NCBI GenBank assembly: GCA_964435565.1
Contig: CAYSZR010000007.1
Coordinates: forward strand, 1-46,981
Reading direction: 5' to 3'
Length of the DNA stretch: 46,981 nt
From: an uncultured Coriobacteriaceae bacterium
Lineage (GTDB): Bacteria > Actinomycetota > Coriobacteriia > Coriobacteriales > QAMH01
A program made the translations under genes and the position numbers. The notes beneath the pieces are model-generated. The model did no database searches and was not told the DNA's origin. It worked only from the letters and a program-made list of their open reading frames with translations. Below, piece after piece: positions 1 to 9,346 of this stretch. Each line of letters starts with the position of its first letter. Position 1 is the stretch's first letter.

Positions 1-112
1 CAACATTACCTATCTTGATGGGGCTGGTCAGATTAGGATACGCGCAACTCATGAACTTTAGCTTTCTCGCGTGGTCGATAATGCGCCGAAGATACTAGCA
101 GATACAGGCAAA

Positions 113-146
113 CTGAGGCCAGACACCATACTGTGCCTGGCCTCAG
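113..146 (-). terminator. Candidate intrinsic terminator downstream of the CoA-transferase gene
   Basis: Perfect 10-bp inverted repeat ctgaggccag (113-122) / ctggcctcag (137-146) with a 14-nt loop, about 20 nt past the stop at 167. The minus-strand tail is only UUUG. Confidence 0.4.
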
Positions 147-166
147 ATTTGTCAACCGAACGAAGC

Positions 167-1726
167 TTAGGCAAGCGTCGTCTCGAGCCCGTTCCATTCC
201 TCGCAGAACAAAGAGGCATCCATTTCCTTTACATCGGCTGCTACGGCCGGCCTGAATCCCATGTTAGCAATGATATCGCGCTCAAGGTCAGCGCCAGGAG
301 CGATTTCGATAATGGTCATGACACCGTCGATAAGCTCGAGAACGCAGCGTTCCGTCACATAGAGGATCTTCTGATCGGGGCGTGCATACTTACCGGCAAA
401 CGTAATCTGCTGAACCGTCTCGACGAACTTCTTGGCAACGCCTTCTTCGGTGATCTTAAGTTTGCCGTCGACGATTTCCTCCTTGGCCTTTGCCATGAAC
501 GTACCTGCAAAGACGACGGTGGATGCAGACTGCGTGATGTCGATGAGTCCACCAGGGCCCGAAAGCCTGTTGCCGAACTTGGAGACATTCAGGTTGCCAT
601 CCTTGTCGGCTTCGGCAAGGCCAAGCACCGTGATATCAAGACCACCACCATCGATGAAGTCAAACATCGAGTTATGCGAGATGATAGCCTCGGCATTGTA
701 ATTGCTGCCAAAATTGGGCAATGCAGCGGGGACGCCGCCAACGCCGCCGGCTTCAGCGGTGATCGTCATGGAATCGAGATAGCCTTCTTCTGCAACGACA
801 GATGCCACATCAGCGGGAATGCCAACGCCCAGATTAGCAACGCAGTCAGGCGTGAGCTCCATGGCACAACGACGACAGATAACCTTGCGTGGAGAAAGGT
901 CGAGTACCGGCAACTGAGAAAGCGGCTTTTTGATCTGACCGGAAAACGCCGGCTCCCAATACACGCCTTCGGTCTGCCAGCAGCAATCCTTATCGGTCGC
1001 CTGCACGACATAATCGACCATGATCCCGGGGATCTGCACGGACTTAGGATTGAGCGTGCCGCGCTGCGCAAGATACTCGACCTGAACGATGACGATACCA
1101 CCGCTATTCTTCGCTGCAGAGGCAACGGCAAGGCCCTCGTTCATAACGCTTTCATGATCGAAGGTGATGTTGCCGTTCTCGTCGGCGACAGTTCCGCGCA
1201 AAATGGCGACATCGAGCGGGAAGCTCTTGAAGTAGAGGTATTCCTCACCATCGAACTCGACAAGCTCGCAGCAATCTTCTGTGGTCTCGGGATTCATACG
1301 ACCGCCCTCGACGCGCGGGTCAACGAACGTGCCCAAGCCAACTTTAGTAAGCATGCCGGGGCGGTGTGCGGCAATTTCACGCCATAAGTTGATGATGACG
1401 CCCTGCGGCAGACAATGGCATGTGATTTCGCCTGCCTGGACCAGTTTGTTAAGCGCAAACGCTGAACCGATGTGCGCTGCTGACCACTGCGTGACGAGTC
1501 CCGGACCCGCTTCACCCAAGACAGTCACGCCACGCGTCTTCCAATCGCCCATAGCGCAGCCTTGCTTAAGATTGAGATTGCAGGGATGACCGGTTTCCTT
1601 GAAGTTATCGCGTATCGCACGGCCGACCTCTTCTGCCCAGCCGGATAGACCCATGCCAGCAACAGCAACGGACGCTCCGTCGGGGATAAGCTTGGCCGCC
1701 TCTTGAGCGGTTATAAATTTTGCCAT
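167..1726 (-). CDS. YdiF-family acyl-CoA:acetate/3-ketoacid CoA-transferase (family I, fused subunits)
   Basis: 519-aa ORF. By-eye collinear with E. coli YdiF (GLGTFVDPRVEGG, LVEFDGEEYLYFKS, SVQIPGIMVDYVV, catalytic Glu region TITAEAGGVGG). GGAGGA sits 9 nt upstream of the ATG. Confidence 0.9.
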   Translation of the reverse strand: MAKFITAQEAAKLIPDGASVAVAGMGLSGWAEEVGRAIRDNFKETGHPCNLNLKQGCAMGDWKTRGVTVLGEAGPGLVTQWSAAHIGSAFALNKLVQAGEITCHCLPQGVIINLWREIAAHRPGMLTKVGLGTFVDPRVEGGRMNPETTEDCCELVEFDGEEYLYFKSFPLDVAILRGTVADENGNITFDHESVMNEGLAVASAAKNSGGIVIVQVEYLAQRGTLNPKSVQIPGIMVDYVVQATDKDCCWQTEGVYWEPAFSGQIKKPLSQLPVLDLSPRKVICRRCAMELTPDCVANLGVGIPADVASVVAEEGYLDSMTITAEAGGVGGVPAALPNFGSNYNAEAIISHNSMFDFIDGGGLDITVLGLAEADKDGNLNVSKFGNRLSGPGGLIDITQSASTVVFAGTFMAKAKEEIVDGKLKITEEGVAKKFVETVQQITFAGKYARPDQKILYVTERCVLELIDGVMTIIEIAPGADLERDIIANMGFRPAVAADVKEMDASLFCEEWNGLETTLA

Positions 1727-1813
1727 TGTTTCTATTCCTCCTAAAAGTCAACGTGCATTACTGTCGATTACCTATATAGAATGTCTGGCTTCATGCAGCT
1801 CGCCAGCTTATTC

Positions 1814-2983
1814 CTACAATTCCTTGCGAGAAAACGCGCGGTCCTTAAGCAGATATCTGGAAATTCCCCGCACCATCATCTCATCGGCGCCTTGCGCCAA
1901 CTGGTTTCCACGGCAATCGCGCCAGATACGGCTCACGCGCGATTCATCCGTATATCCCAGTCCACCGAAAATCTGCAACGCCTCCGAAGCGACTTGGGTC
2001 GCCGTCTGGGGCACATAATATTTCATCAAGGCGCAGTTATACTGCTGCTCTTCGATACTGTCGTCACTGCTCACGGAAAGAGCCGACTTCCTGACCAGGT
2101 TATCCATAGACCTGACCTGAATAGCCATACATGAGAGCTTCTCTTGAATCTGGGGGATGCTGCCCAAGAACTGTCCGCGCGTCTTGTAAGTGGCGCAGCG
2201 TTCAAGTGCATCATCGACTGCCGCCTGCGCAAGGCCAAGGCTCGCGGCACACACATAGACACGGCCGAGCGCGTATTGCCTATGCAAGATGGTATTGAGA
2301 CTGCCGTCGGTCTGGATACGCCACTCTGGATCGAGCTTCACATGATCAAAGACGATGCGAGCAGGCGCCAGCATCTCTTGCCCAACAGTATTGAGCGGAT
2401 ACGTGTTTACGCCGGGGATGGAGACCGGAACCAACCAGAGCGACTGGCCGCCATCTTCGGTTCCGTACACCGTATCCTGCGCCAATACCAATGTGTTTTG
2501 CGCAAACTGGCCGTTTGCCACGAACGTCTTCTGCCCATCGAGATAGATGCCGTCTGCATCAGCCGAGATTTCAGTGACCACGCTGTTGGAATCGGTCTGA
2601 ATTCCGCCTTCTGAAAATGCCTGCGAAAAGAGAACATGCCCATCACGGGAGATAAGTCTGCTGATGATATCGCGTTGCGCGTTTTCCTCCATCGTGGAAA
2701 GCAGCGCCATCGAATTGATGTCCGAATGAAACGGCAGTACCGCGCCGGCACGTCGCATGAGGCGTGCAACGAGCATAGCCGTTTCCACAACCGGGCCTTC
2801 ATAACCGCCCATAGTGGGGGGAAGGCAGTACCTACCCAGCTCGCTTTCGTAGAACGCGTCATATTCGACAGAGGGTATGCCTCGCGAAACACACCATTGC
2901 CTGACGTTCTCTTCGGTGATGTACTGATCGCAGAACTTGTCGACCAAAGCGAACACGGTATCTATTCTTTCTTGAGTTTCCAT
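1814..2983 (-). CDS. Acyl-CoA dehydrogenase-family protein, divergent CaiA/YdiO-like paralog lacking the usual catalytic Glu
   Basis: ACAD C-terminal signature QIFGGLGYTDESRVSRIWRD and the CaiA-like stretch IPQIQEKLSCMAIQVRSMDNL. I take the start at the METQER Met (2983): GAGGAA lies 7 nt upstream and this removes the overlap with the ligase stop at 2994. The longest ORF extends to 3022. Confidence 0.85.
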   Translation of the reverse strand: METQERIDTVFALVDKFCDQYITEENVRQWCVSRGIPSVEYDAFYESELGRYCLPPTMGGYEGPVVETAMLVARLMRRAGAVLPFHSDINSMALLSTMEENAQRDIISRLISRDGHVLFSQAFSEGGIQTDSNSVVTEISADADGIYLDGQKTFVANGQFAQNTLVLAQDTVYGTEDGGQSLWLVPVSIPGVNTYPLNTVGQEMLAPARIVFDHVKLDPEWRIQTDGSLNTILHRQYALGRVYVCAASLGLAQAAVDDALERCATYKTRGQFLGSIPQIQEKLSCMAIQVRSMDNLVRKSALSVSSDDSIEEQQYNCALMKYYVPQTATQVASEALQIFGGLGYTDESRVSRIWRDCRGNQLAQGADEMMVRGISRYLLKDRAFSRKEL

Positions 2984-2993
2984 ATCCAATTCC

Positions 2994-4550
2994 TCAGGAT
3001 AGACGTGCGTTGGGAGTCGCACGCACGTGGGCGAGTATTCCTTTGACCTGCTTGCGCAAAGAGACTCTATCTATCTTTCCATTGCTCAGATACGGGAACG
3101 TATCCATTTTCAATACGAGGTCAGGGACCTTGCACTTATCAACACGCCCTTTGGCATAAGCGCGCAAGTCACGCGCGGAGACTGAAGATCCCTGCGTCAT
3201 CATGACGCACAGGCAGGTCCGTTCCCCTAGGTCTTCATCATCGTAGCCAACGGCATAACATGCCTGCACATCAGGGCTGCTTTCATAGGCTGCCTCGATC
3301 TCTGAAGGAAAGATGTTGATGCCGCCACGGATGATCATATCTTTCAAGCGTCCCGTGATTACCATCATGCCGCGTTCATCGATGCTTCCCACATCGCCGG
3401 TATGAAACCAGCCATCGTCAAGGTCCAGCCTGCAGGAGCCGTCTTCTAAAAGGACGCCGTCCATCATGGATGCGCTCTTACACAGGATTTCCCCTGTTGC
3501 AGGATCCGTCTTAGCGTCTGCGCCCTTTATGCAAAATCCGACGGTAGCAGCGCGTTCTTCAGCCGAAAGCTCAAGTGGCGTGACGGTCAGAGTCGCAGCG
3601 GTCTCGCTCATGCCATACGACTGCATAAGCCTGCATCCGTAGCGCTCGTCAAAGGTGGTGATCACCGAAGGTGGACAACCGGCGCCTGCGACAAGCCCCG
3701 TTCTGAGCGAACTGAAGTCCCACTTCTCATCGGCGTTTTCCCTGAGTTCGCGAATGAACATCGTCGATACGCCCATATGGACCGTTGCAGCTGCATTCGC
3801 GATCATCGCGCACGCCTCTGCCGCATGATATTTTGTCGAAGTTGCAAACGAGGCACGTGCTGCCAGCGTTGCATACAGTCCCACCACGCCGAACACGTGA
3901 ATAAGAGGGACCGGCAGAAAAATCATGTCATCGGATGTGAGTTCGAGCCATTTGCAAAGCTCAAGGCCATTGAGTGCAAAAGACGAGGCGCGATTGACGA
4001 TCGCTTTAGGCGTACCGGTGCTCCCAGAGGAAAATACGATGATCTTGGCATCCGCATTCGCATCGGGGAATTCACGCGCATCATCGAACGGGCAGGCGCT
4101 TATCATGTCTTCCAGCAAAGACACGGGAGCCGACGGACACCCAATCGTCGCGACCTTCGCCTCAGGCGCTAATTCTTGCGCCGCATGGCACTGCTCAATG
4201 CTTGACATGATAATGAGCTGCGGGTCGGTAAGCTTGATGCCACGTTCGAACTCGCTCTTGCCCGGCGTGGTCGAAAACAGCGCCACGCGCACGTCCAAGA
4301 GCTGGGCTGCGGCAAGCACGAGGGGAACTTGAATCAGATTTGGGGCAGAGAGCACGATAGACGACCCCGGCTTCAAGCCAAGCTCGTCTTTGAAATAACC
4401 TGCTAGCGAGTTTGCCTGCATGTACGCCTGCGCATATGAACATGACTCATTGATGCTTACGGCAAAGCGCTTCGTGCCAAATGACATGAAGCCTTCGTAT
4501 ATCCATTGCATCAAAGACAGTTCTGGAAACCTCGCGCCGTCTCTTGCCAT
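2994..4550 (-). CDS. AMP-forming acyl-CoA synthetase/ligase (FadK/CaiC/CarB-like adenylate-forming enzyme)
   Basis: 518-aa ORF with SSGSTGTPKAIV (A3/P-loop), GWFHTGDVG (A7) and GGINIFPSEIE (A8). AGGAGGAAG lies upstream of the ATG. Confidence 0.9.
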   Translation of the reverse strand: MARDGARFPELSLMQWIYEGFMSFGTKRFAVSINESCSYAQAYMQANSLAGYFKDELGLKPGSSIVLSAPNLIQVPLVLAAAQLLDVRVALFSTTPGKSEFERGIKLTDPQLIIMSSIEQCHAAQELAPEAKVATIGCPSAPVSLLEDMISACPFDDAREFPDANADAKIIVFSSGSTGTPKAIVNRASSFALNGLELCKWLELTSDDMIFLPVPLIHVFGVVGLYATLAARASFATSTKYHAAEACAMIANAAATVHMGVSTMFIRELRENADEKWDFSSLRTGLVAGAGCPPSVITTFDERYGCRLMQSYGMSETAATLTVTPLELSAEERAATVGFCIKGADAKTDPATGEILCKSASMMDGVLLEDGSCRLDLDDGWFHTGDVGSIDERGMMVITGRLKDMIIRGGINIFPSEIEAAYESSPDVQACYAVGYDDEDLGERTCLCVMMTQGSSVSARDLRAYAKGRVDKCKVPDLVLKMDTFPYLSNGKIDRVSLRKQVKGILAHVRATPNARLS

Positions 4551-4667
4551 TAAATTGCTTCCTCCTGTCGCCCTTGCTATCGCCTATGCCACATGGCGGG
4601 TTTGCACACAAACCCATGCAAAACCGCCATGTACATTCGGCAAGGTTCCAAATCCCAGAAGGATCGA

Positions 4668-5822
4668 CTACTTTGCGTATTTCTTTGCGAGCTGGCGACC
4701 GGCGATATAGACCATGATCTCATCGGTACCACCGGCGATCTGGAAACCACGCAGGTCGGACCACATACGGCCAACACGCGTTTCAGTCGTGAAGCCCAAG
4801 CCGCCGAAGATCTGCATAGCCTCAGATGCAACCTTGGTGCACTCGGTGCAGGCATAGCGCTTGAGCAACGCGGAATCAATGCGCACGGATTGACCGTTGT
4901 CCATCTTCCACAACGTCCTGTACAGCATATTGCGCGAATTCTGCAGCGCGGTCTCCATCTCGGCAAGTTTGAGCTGGATAAGCTGATACTTAGAGATGGG
5001 CTTACCGAAGGTGACGCGTTCGTTGACATAAGCGGCAGCGTCGTCCATAGCTGCCTGAGCACAGCCGATGGCCTGCGCGACGATGAGGCAACGCTCTACC
5101 TCGAAGTTCTTCATGAGGTTCATGAAGCCCTCGCCTTCGTTGCCACAGCGCATGTCCTCGGTCAGGACCACATCGTCAAAATACATCTCGCAAAACGGCA
5201 TGATCTGCTGGCCGATCTTCACGAGCGGTGCAGTGGACAGCCCTTTGATCTCTTTGGGGACGAGCCACATCGACATGCTCTTGTTATCATGAGACGGATC
5301 CTCGTCTTTGGCGATAACGAGCACATACGGGAAGACCTCGCCTTGGGTAACCCAGGTCTTCTGGCCGCTCAGCACATAGGTACCATCGGCTTGCTTCTTG
5401 GTTACGCATGACATGTTCATGTTGTCAGAGCCGGCAGCGGGCTCGGAAAAACCAAGCGAGAAGATGGGCTTGCCAGTCTCCATATAAGCCGTCATGGCCA
5501 TTTCGATCTGCTCAGGCGAACCAAAGTCGATCAGATCGCGCAGGGCAAGCGTGTTATTGAGGAACGGGGTGATGCATCCGGAATGGTGCGTGAACTCTTC
5601 AGTCAGCAGGCCAAGCGTCACCATATCGCACGGAATGCCGCCTTGCTCTTCGGGCAGCCCCATCAAGCCAAAACCGGCTTCAAGGTAGGCCTGGAGAAGA
5701 TCATCGCTCATGCCGTGGTTGGCATACATGTCCCTGATCTTAGCCTCGTCGAAGTTGCGTTTGCAGAACTCTTCAACGCTTTCGATCAGAAGTTCTTGTT
5801 CATCGGTCAAGCTGAAATCCAT
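4668..5822 (-). CDS. CaiA/YdiO-type acyl-CoA dehydrogenase/reductase
   Basis: Start MDFSLTDEQELL with GGGAG 5 nt upstream; the longest ORF runs to 5861. By eye it is collinear with E. coli CaiA as I recall it: NFEVERCLIVA, KYQLIQLKLAEM, LWKMDNG, and C-terminal FQIAGGTDEIM in place of the MCAD IYEGT motif. Confidence 0.9.
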   Translation of the reverse strand: MDFSLTDEQELLIESVEEFCKRNFDEAKIRDMYANHGMSDDLLQAYLEAGFGLMGLPEEQGGIPCDMVTLGLLTEEFTHHSGCITPFLNNTLALRDLIDFGSPEQIEMAMTAYMETGKPIFSLGFSEPAAGSDNMNMSCVTKKQADGTYVLSGQKTWVTQGEVFPYVLVIAKDEDPSHDNKSMSMWLVPKEIKGLSTAPLVKIGQQIMPFCEMYFDDVVLTEDMRCGNEGEGFMNLMKNFEVERCLIVAQAIGCAQAAMDDAAAYVNERVTFGKPISKYQLIQLKLAEMETALQNSRNMLYRTLWKMDNGQSVRIDSALLKRYACTECTKVASEAMQIFGGLGFTTETRVGRMWSDLRGFQIAGGTDEIMVYIAGRQLAKKYAK

Positions 5823-5939
5823 GGTTACTCCCTTTTGAACAAAGGACTGGTCTAAAGCCAATCCACCTTTACCAGCTTCTTTTGAATTATGAATCGGGGC
5901 TATAGAGCAATGTAATGGTCATAATTCTCTTTTGTCCAA

Positions 5940-5949
5940 TAGACGTCTA
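5940..5949. promoter_or_regulatory. Perfect 10-bp palindrome TAGACGTCTA in the divergent ACAD/TetR promoter region (candidate operator)
   Basis: Read directly from the sequence. It lies 62 nt upstream of the TetR ATG (6011) and 118 nt upstream of the ACAD ATG (5822). Confidence 0.35.
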
Positions 5950-6010
5950 CTTTTTGGTATTCTGGCAACATGCAATACTGCATTCACACGACACACGGGA
6001 GCTCGTCATA

Positions 6011-6679
6011 ATGAGCGAGGCAAATAAGAAGACACTTATCGTCGACACCTTCATCGACCAGGTGGAATCCGGCTCGCTTAAAAGCGTGCATATCGCCAAA
6101 CTCATCAAGCAACTCGATATCAACCGCAACACCTTCTATTATCATTTCGACAGCAAGTACGACGTCGCACTGTATGTCTTCAGGCGTGACTTGGCGCCTG
6201 AACTCCAGGCGGGGTTTCCAGAATCAGAGCTCGTAAGCAAGCCTCTTAGCAACAAGCGCTCCTCTGTCCAACTCCCCTATTACATACATCGCGAAGTAGG
6301 CGCGCGTACACTTGACCTGAGCGGATTTTACAAGGCGATCGTTCGGTGCATACTCAACCGGCCTCATTTTTACGGATCGCTCTTCGATGTATCGCAAACG
6401 GAATTCAGAGCCTATATAGAGATGCTCTACCGCCCAGCTGTCGAAGATGACATCAAATTCGTTCTTGGAGGACGCTATCTGCCCGACTGCGTCTTCGATT
6501 ATTTCGCCGATTACCATACCCGCTACATATTCCATATCGCGCAATACTATTCCAAGCACATGAGCACGGCACGCGAAATGCTCGAAGATAAAATCAATCC
6601 CTTTTGGAATATGCCCTATGAGGCTCTTTCGCATGAATTGCAGACGCATGCCATCCAGCGGCCAAGAGACTCTGTCTAG
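6011..6679 (+). CDS. TetR/AcrR-family transcriptional regulator
   Basis: N-terminal HTH SVHIAKLIKQLDINRNTFYYHFDSKYD. The start is taken at MSEANKK (GGGAG upstream); the 32-aa upstream extension of the longest ORF looks non-coding. Confidence 0.8.
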   Translation: MSEANKKTLIVDTFIDQVESGSLKSVHIAKLIKQLDINRNTFYYHFDSKYDVALYVFRRDLAPELQAGFPESELVSKPLSNKRSSVQLPYYIHREVGARTLDLSGFYKAIVRCILNRPHFYGSLFDVSQTEFRAYIEMLYRPAVEDDIKFVLGGRYLPDCVFDYFADYHTRYIFHIAQYYSKHMSTAREMLEDKINPFWNMPYEALSHELQTHAIQRPRDSV

Positions 6680-6719
6680 CCACGCAGGCTCCCTATAAGG
6701 ATTTAGCCCCATACAAAAA

Positions 6720-6754
6720 CCGGGACCCGATGGTAGTGCTGCATCGGGTCCCGG
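6720..6754. terminator. Bidirectional intrinsic terminator between the TetR gene and fixX
   Basis: Perfect 13-bp stem ccgggacccgatg / catcgggtcccgg with a 9-nt loop. The AAAAA on its left gives a UUUUU tail for the minus-strand fix transcript; UAUU follows on the plus strand. Confidence 0.8.
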
Positions 6755-6783
6755 TATTGGGGAGTTAGCTGTTAGCCAGTCGA

Positions 6784-7080
6784 TTAGCCAAAACGATATT
6801 CCACGCCCATGGTCGGACCGGGATATGACCATTTTTTCAAGATGGTATCGGCGCATGCGATACGGCACGTGCCACATTCGAGACAACCGGCATAATCAAA
6901 GCTTTTGCGGCCGTCTTCGTCGCGCTTGTAAAGAGCTGCGGGGCAAACGCGGATAAGCTTGTCGAATTCGGCGTCATCGATATCATCCACCAGTTCGATG
7001 TGAGCGTTTTCCTCGTCAACTTCGTACTTGTTCAGCGCAAGATATTCGTCAACGTTAACATTGATCTCGATTGAACTCAT
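6784..7080 (-). CDS. fixX: Ferredoxin-like protein FixX/YdiT
   Basis: 98 aa with CPAALY ... GCLECGTCRIAC. ATGA start/stop overlap with fixC. Confidence 0.9.
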   Translation of the reverse strand: MSSIEINVNVDEYLALNKYEVDEENAHIELVDDIDDAEFDKLIRVCPAALYKRDEDGRKSFDYAGCLECGTCRIACADTILKKWSYPGPTMGVEYRFG

Positions 7081-8381
7081 AGAGCCTTCATTGCTCCTCT
7101 CACATCACGCAGGATATTGAAGATGCCGATCTTCTTAACCTTGGGCATCGCCTTAGCCTTGAGCTTGGTAGCAGGCGTTCCGTCAACGATGAACATATCG
7201 TTCATAACGTCACGTGCAAGTTCGGGATATTCCTTGAACATGCGTCCAAAGTTCTCGAGGAACTCGGGCTCGTCTTTATACTGGTGAAAATCCTTCATGA
7301 TGAAGCTTGACTCCAGCGCGTCAACATAACCTTGCAGGCCCGCTTTGGAGGTATCTTGCGCATCAATGGCCTGAGCTGCATATTTACCCGCAAGCTGACC
7401 GGCTGCGATAGCGTAATCCATACCGCGCACGCAATAGCCCAGGTTGATGCACATCATTGCCGTATCTCCAGCAAGCATGACGCCATCAGCCGTGAATGCC
7501 GGCATAATGTTGACGCCACCTTCGGGAACCATATGGCCAGAGTGCTCGACGACCTTTGCACCCTTAATCAACGGAGCGACAGCCGGATGCTTCTTCAAAT
7601 CTTCGAGCATCTGATAGACCGGAACGCAATCGCTCGTCGCACACGCCTGTATACCAGCAACGACACCCAGGCTGATGGATTCGCGATTGGTGTACATGAA
7701 ACCGCCACCGAAGACACCGTGCGTTGCATCGCCGGCAAAAAGCCAGGCCGCACCTTGCGAGTCATCGTTTGCAAGAACACGATCGGTGATTGTGGCCGCA
7801 GGCAGTTCGAAGACCTCTTTCACGCCAACCGCCATCTGGTTTGCAGGCGGCCTATCATAGCCGACGGCTTCTTTGGCAAGCAGCGAATTAACACCGTCTG
7901 CAAGGATCACGACATTCGCGGTAATTTCATCTTCTCCCGCCTTCACGCCAATGACCTTGCCTGTCTCGTCTTTGACCAGGGCCTCAACGGGAATGCCGTA
8001 GATAAATTCGGCACCGGCTTGTTCTGCCTGCTCTGCAAGCCACTGATCGAACGGCGTACGCAAAACCGAATACGAAGCGGTCTTGGGGTCATCCATTGCG
8101 GCAGATGAAAAATCGACGGTCAGATTGGCATCAGGAGCCATAAGACTGATGCGCTCATGCGTAATCATGCGCTCAAGAGGAGCATTGGCCAGCTCTTCAT
8201 CGGAAAAAACCTTGCGCAGCGAATGCACGTACAGCCTGCCGCCCGTCATGTTCTTAGCGCCGGCGAAATTACCGCGCTCGACGACAAGCACCATCTTGCC
8301 TGCACGGGCAAGCTCCAATGCGGCAACGCTGCCGGCTAAGCCAGCACCAACGACAATCGCATCGAAATCGAAGTCAGACAC
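7077..8381 (-). CDS. fixC: FAD-dependent oxidoreductase FixC/YdiS (ETF-quinone oxidoreductase-like)
   Basis: DAIVVGAGLAGS dinucleotide-binding motif at the N-terminus. A GTG start at 8381 has GAGGAG 5 nt upstream; the longest ORF runs to 8414. Confidence 0.85.
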   Translation of the reverse strand: MSDFDFDAIVVGAGLAGSVAALELARAGKMVLVVERGNFAGAKNMTGGRLYVHSLRKVFSDEELANAPLERMITHERISLMAPDANLTVDFSSAAMDDPKTASYSVLRTPFDQWLAEQAEQAGAEFIYGIPVEALVKDETGKVIGVKAGEDEITANVVILADGVNSLLAKEAVGYDRPPANQMAVGVKEVFELPAATITDRVLANDDSQGAAWLFAGDATHGVFGGGFMYTNRESISLGVVAGIQACATSDCVPVYQMLEDLKKHPAVAPLIKGAKVVEHSGHMVPEGGVNIMPAFTADGVMLAGDTAMMCINLGYCVRGMDYAIAAGQLAGKYAAQAIDAQDTSKAGLQGYVDALESSFIMKDFHQYKDEPEFLENFGRMFKEYPELARDVMNDMFIVDGTPATKLKAKAMPKVKKIGIFNILRDVRGAMKAL

Positions 8382-8444
8382 AGATACTCCTCTCAATACC
8401 ACATGCCGCCACAAGAGACGATCTCCCGTGGCAGCATATGTAAC

Positions 8445-9332
8445 CTACAGTGCAGCGATCAACTCGGGAAGCACGGTCTTCAGATCTCCGACCAAGCCGT
8501 AATCGCATTGCTTGAATATGGGCGCGTTCTGGTCCTTGTTTATTGCAAACACGACGCCGGAATGGTTTGCTCCGACCATATGCTGCATCTGACCCGAAAC
8601 GCCAACGGCGATATACGCTTTCGGCGAGAGCTGCAGGCCCGAAACGCCGATATAGCTCTCGGTCGGCATCCAGCCGTTGCCTTCTGCAAGCGGACGCGTG
8701 CAACCCAAACCGCCACCGACTTTGTCGCACAAAGAGCGCGCAAGGTCGAGATCGGCCTCTTCAGCAAAACCACGGCCGGCAGCGACGATGACGTCACATT
8801 TGGTGAGGTCGGTTCCGCTTTTTTCAACAGGCTCGCTCGAAACGAGCTTGACTGCCTGTGCCGGGGCAATCCAGGCGAGCTCTTCAGCAGCACCATTGGA
8901 ACCCGAAGCCTGAGCACCCGAAAAAGCGCTGGCCTTCACCGTGAAAAACGCAGTGCCCGTAGCAGCTTTGCGCTTGATGGTACCAACGCCGCCAAAATAC
9001 ATCTGATCGGCAACGCCATCGGCAATAGCGGTAGCGTCGGTGATAACAGAGGCGCCCTGAGCAGCAGCGATCTTGCCCACGACGGACTTGATATGGCGAG
9101 CGGGCTCGGCATAGACAACCTGAGCATCAGCTATGACCGCAGCAAGCGTCTCATTCGCATCATCTGCGACAGCGTCCTGCGGAACGGCGACATGATACGC
9201 GACATCTGCGATGCCCGCGGGAACCTGCTCGTCGCCTATGACGGCAACGGCAACTTCATCGGCAACGGAACGAGCGCCAGCTGCGAGAACGGTAGCGGCA
9301 TCGGCATGTTCGGCAATAACGAAAGCCTTCAT
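8445..9332 (-). CDS. etfA: Electron transfer flavoprotein alpha subunit (FixB/YdiR-like)
   Basis: C-terminal FAD-binding signature YIAVGVSGQMQHMVG ... VVFAINKDQNAPIF. GGGGGGAG SD upstream. Confidence 0.9.
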   Translation of the reverse strand: MKAFVIAEHADAATVLAAGARSVADEVAVAVIGDEQVPAGIADVAYHVAVPQDAVADDANETLAAVIADAQVVYAEPARHIKSVVGKIAAAQGASVITDATAIADGVADQMYFGGVGTIKRKAATGTAFFTVKASAFSGAQASGSNGAAEELAWIAPAQAVKLVSSEPVEKSGTDLTKCDVIVAAGRGFAEEADLDLARSLCDKVGGGLGCTRPLAEGNGWMPTESYIGVSGLQLSPKAYIAVGVSGQMQHMVGANHSGVVFAINKDQNAPIFKQCDYGLVGDLKTVLPELIAAL

Positions 9333-9346
9333 TTCTAGACTCCCCC

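Noticed and set aside
71-1387. 438-aa plus-strand ORF.
   Set aside because: It is entirely antisense to the YdiF-type CoA-transferase, which has clear family motifs. The translation is low-complexity with no recognisable motifs, a typical shadow ORF in GC-biased coding DNA.
8403-9338. 311-aa plus-strand ORF. Similar antisense ORFs lie at 4593-5411, 7332-8108, 25904-26638 and 37655-38548.
   Set aside because: All of these lie opposite well-supported genes (etfA, ACAD, fixC, divIVA, murD) and have Arg/Ser/Cys-rich shadow-frame composition.
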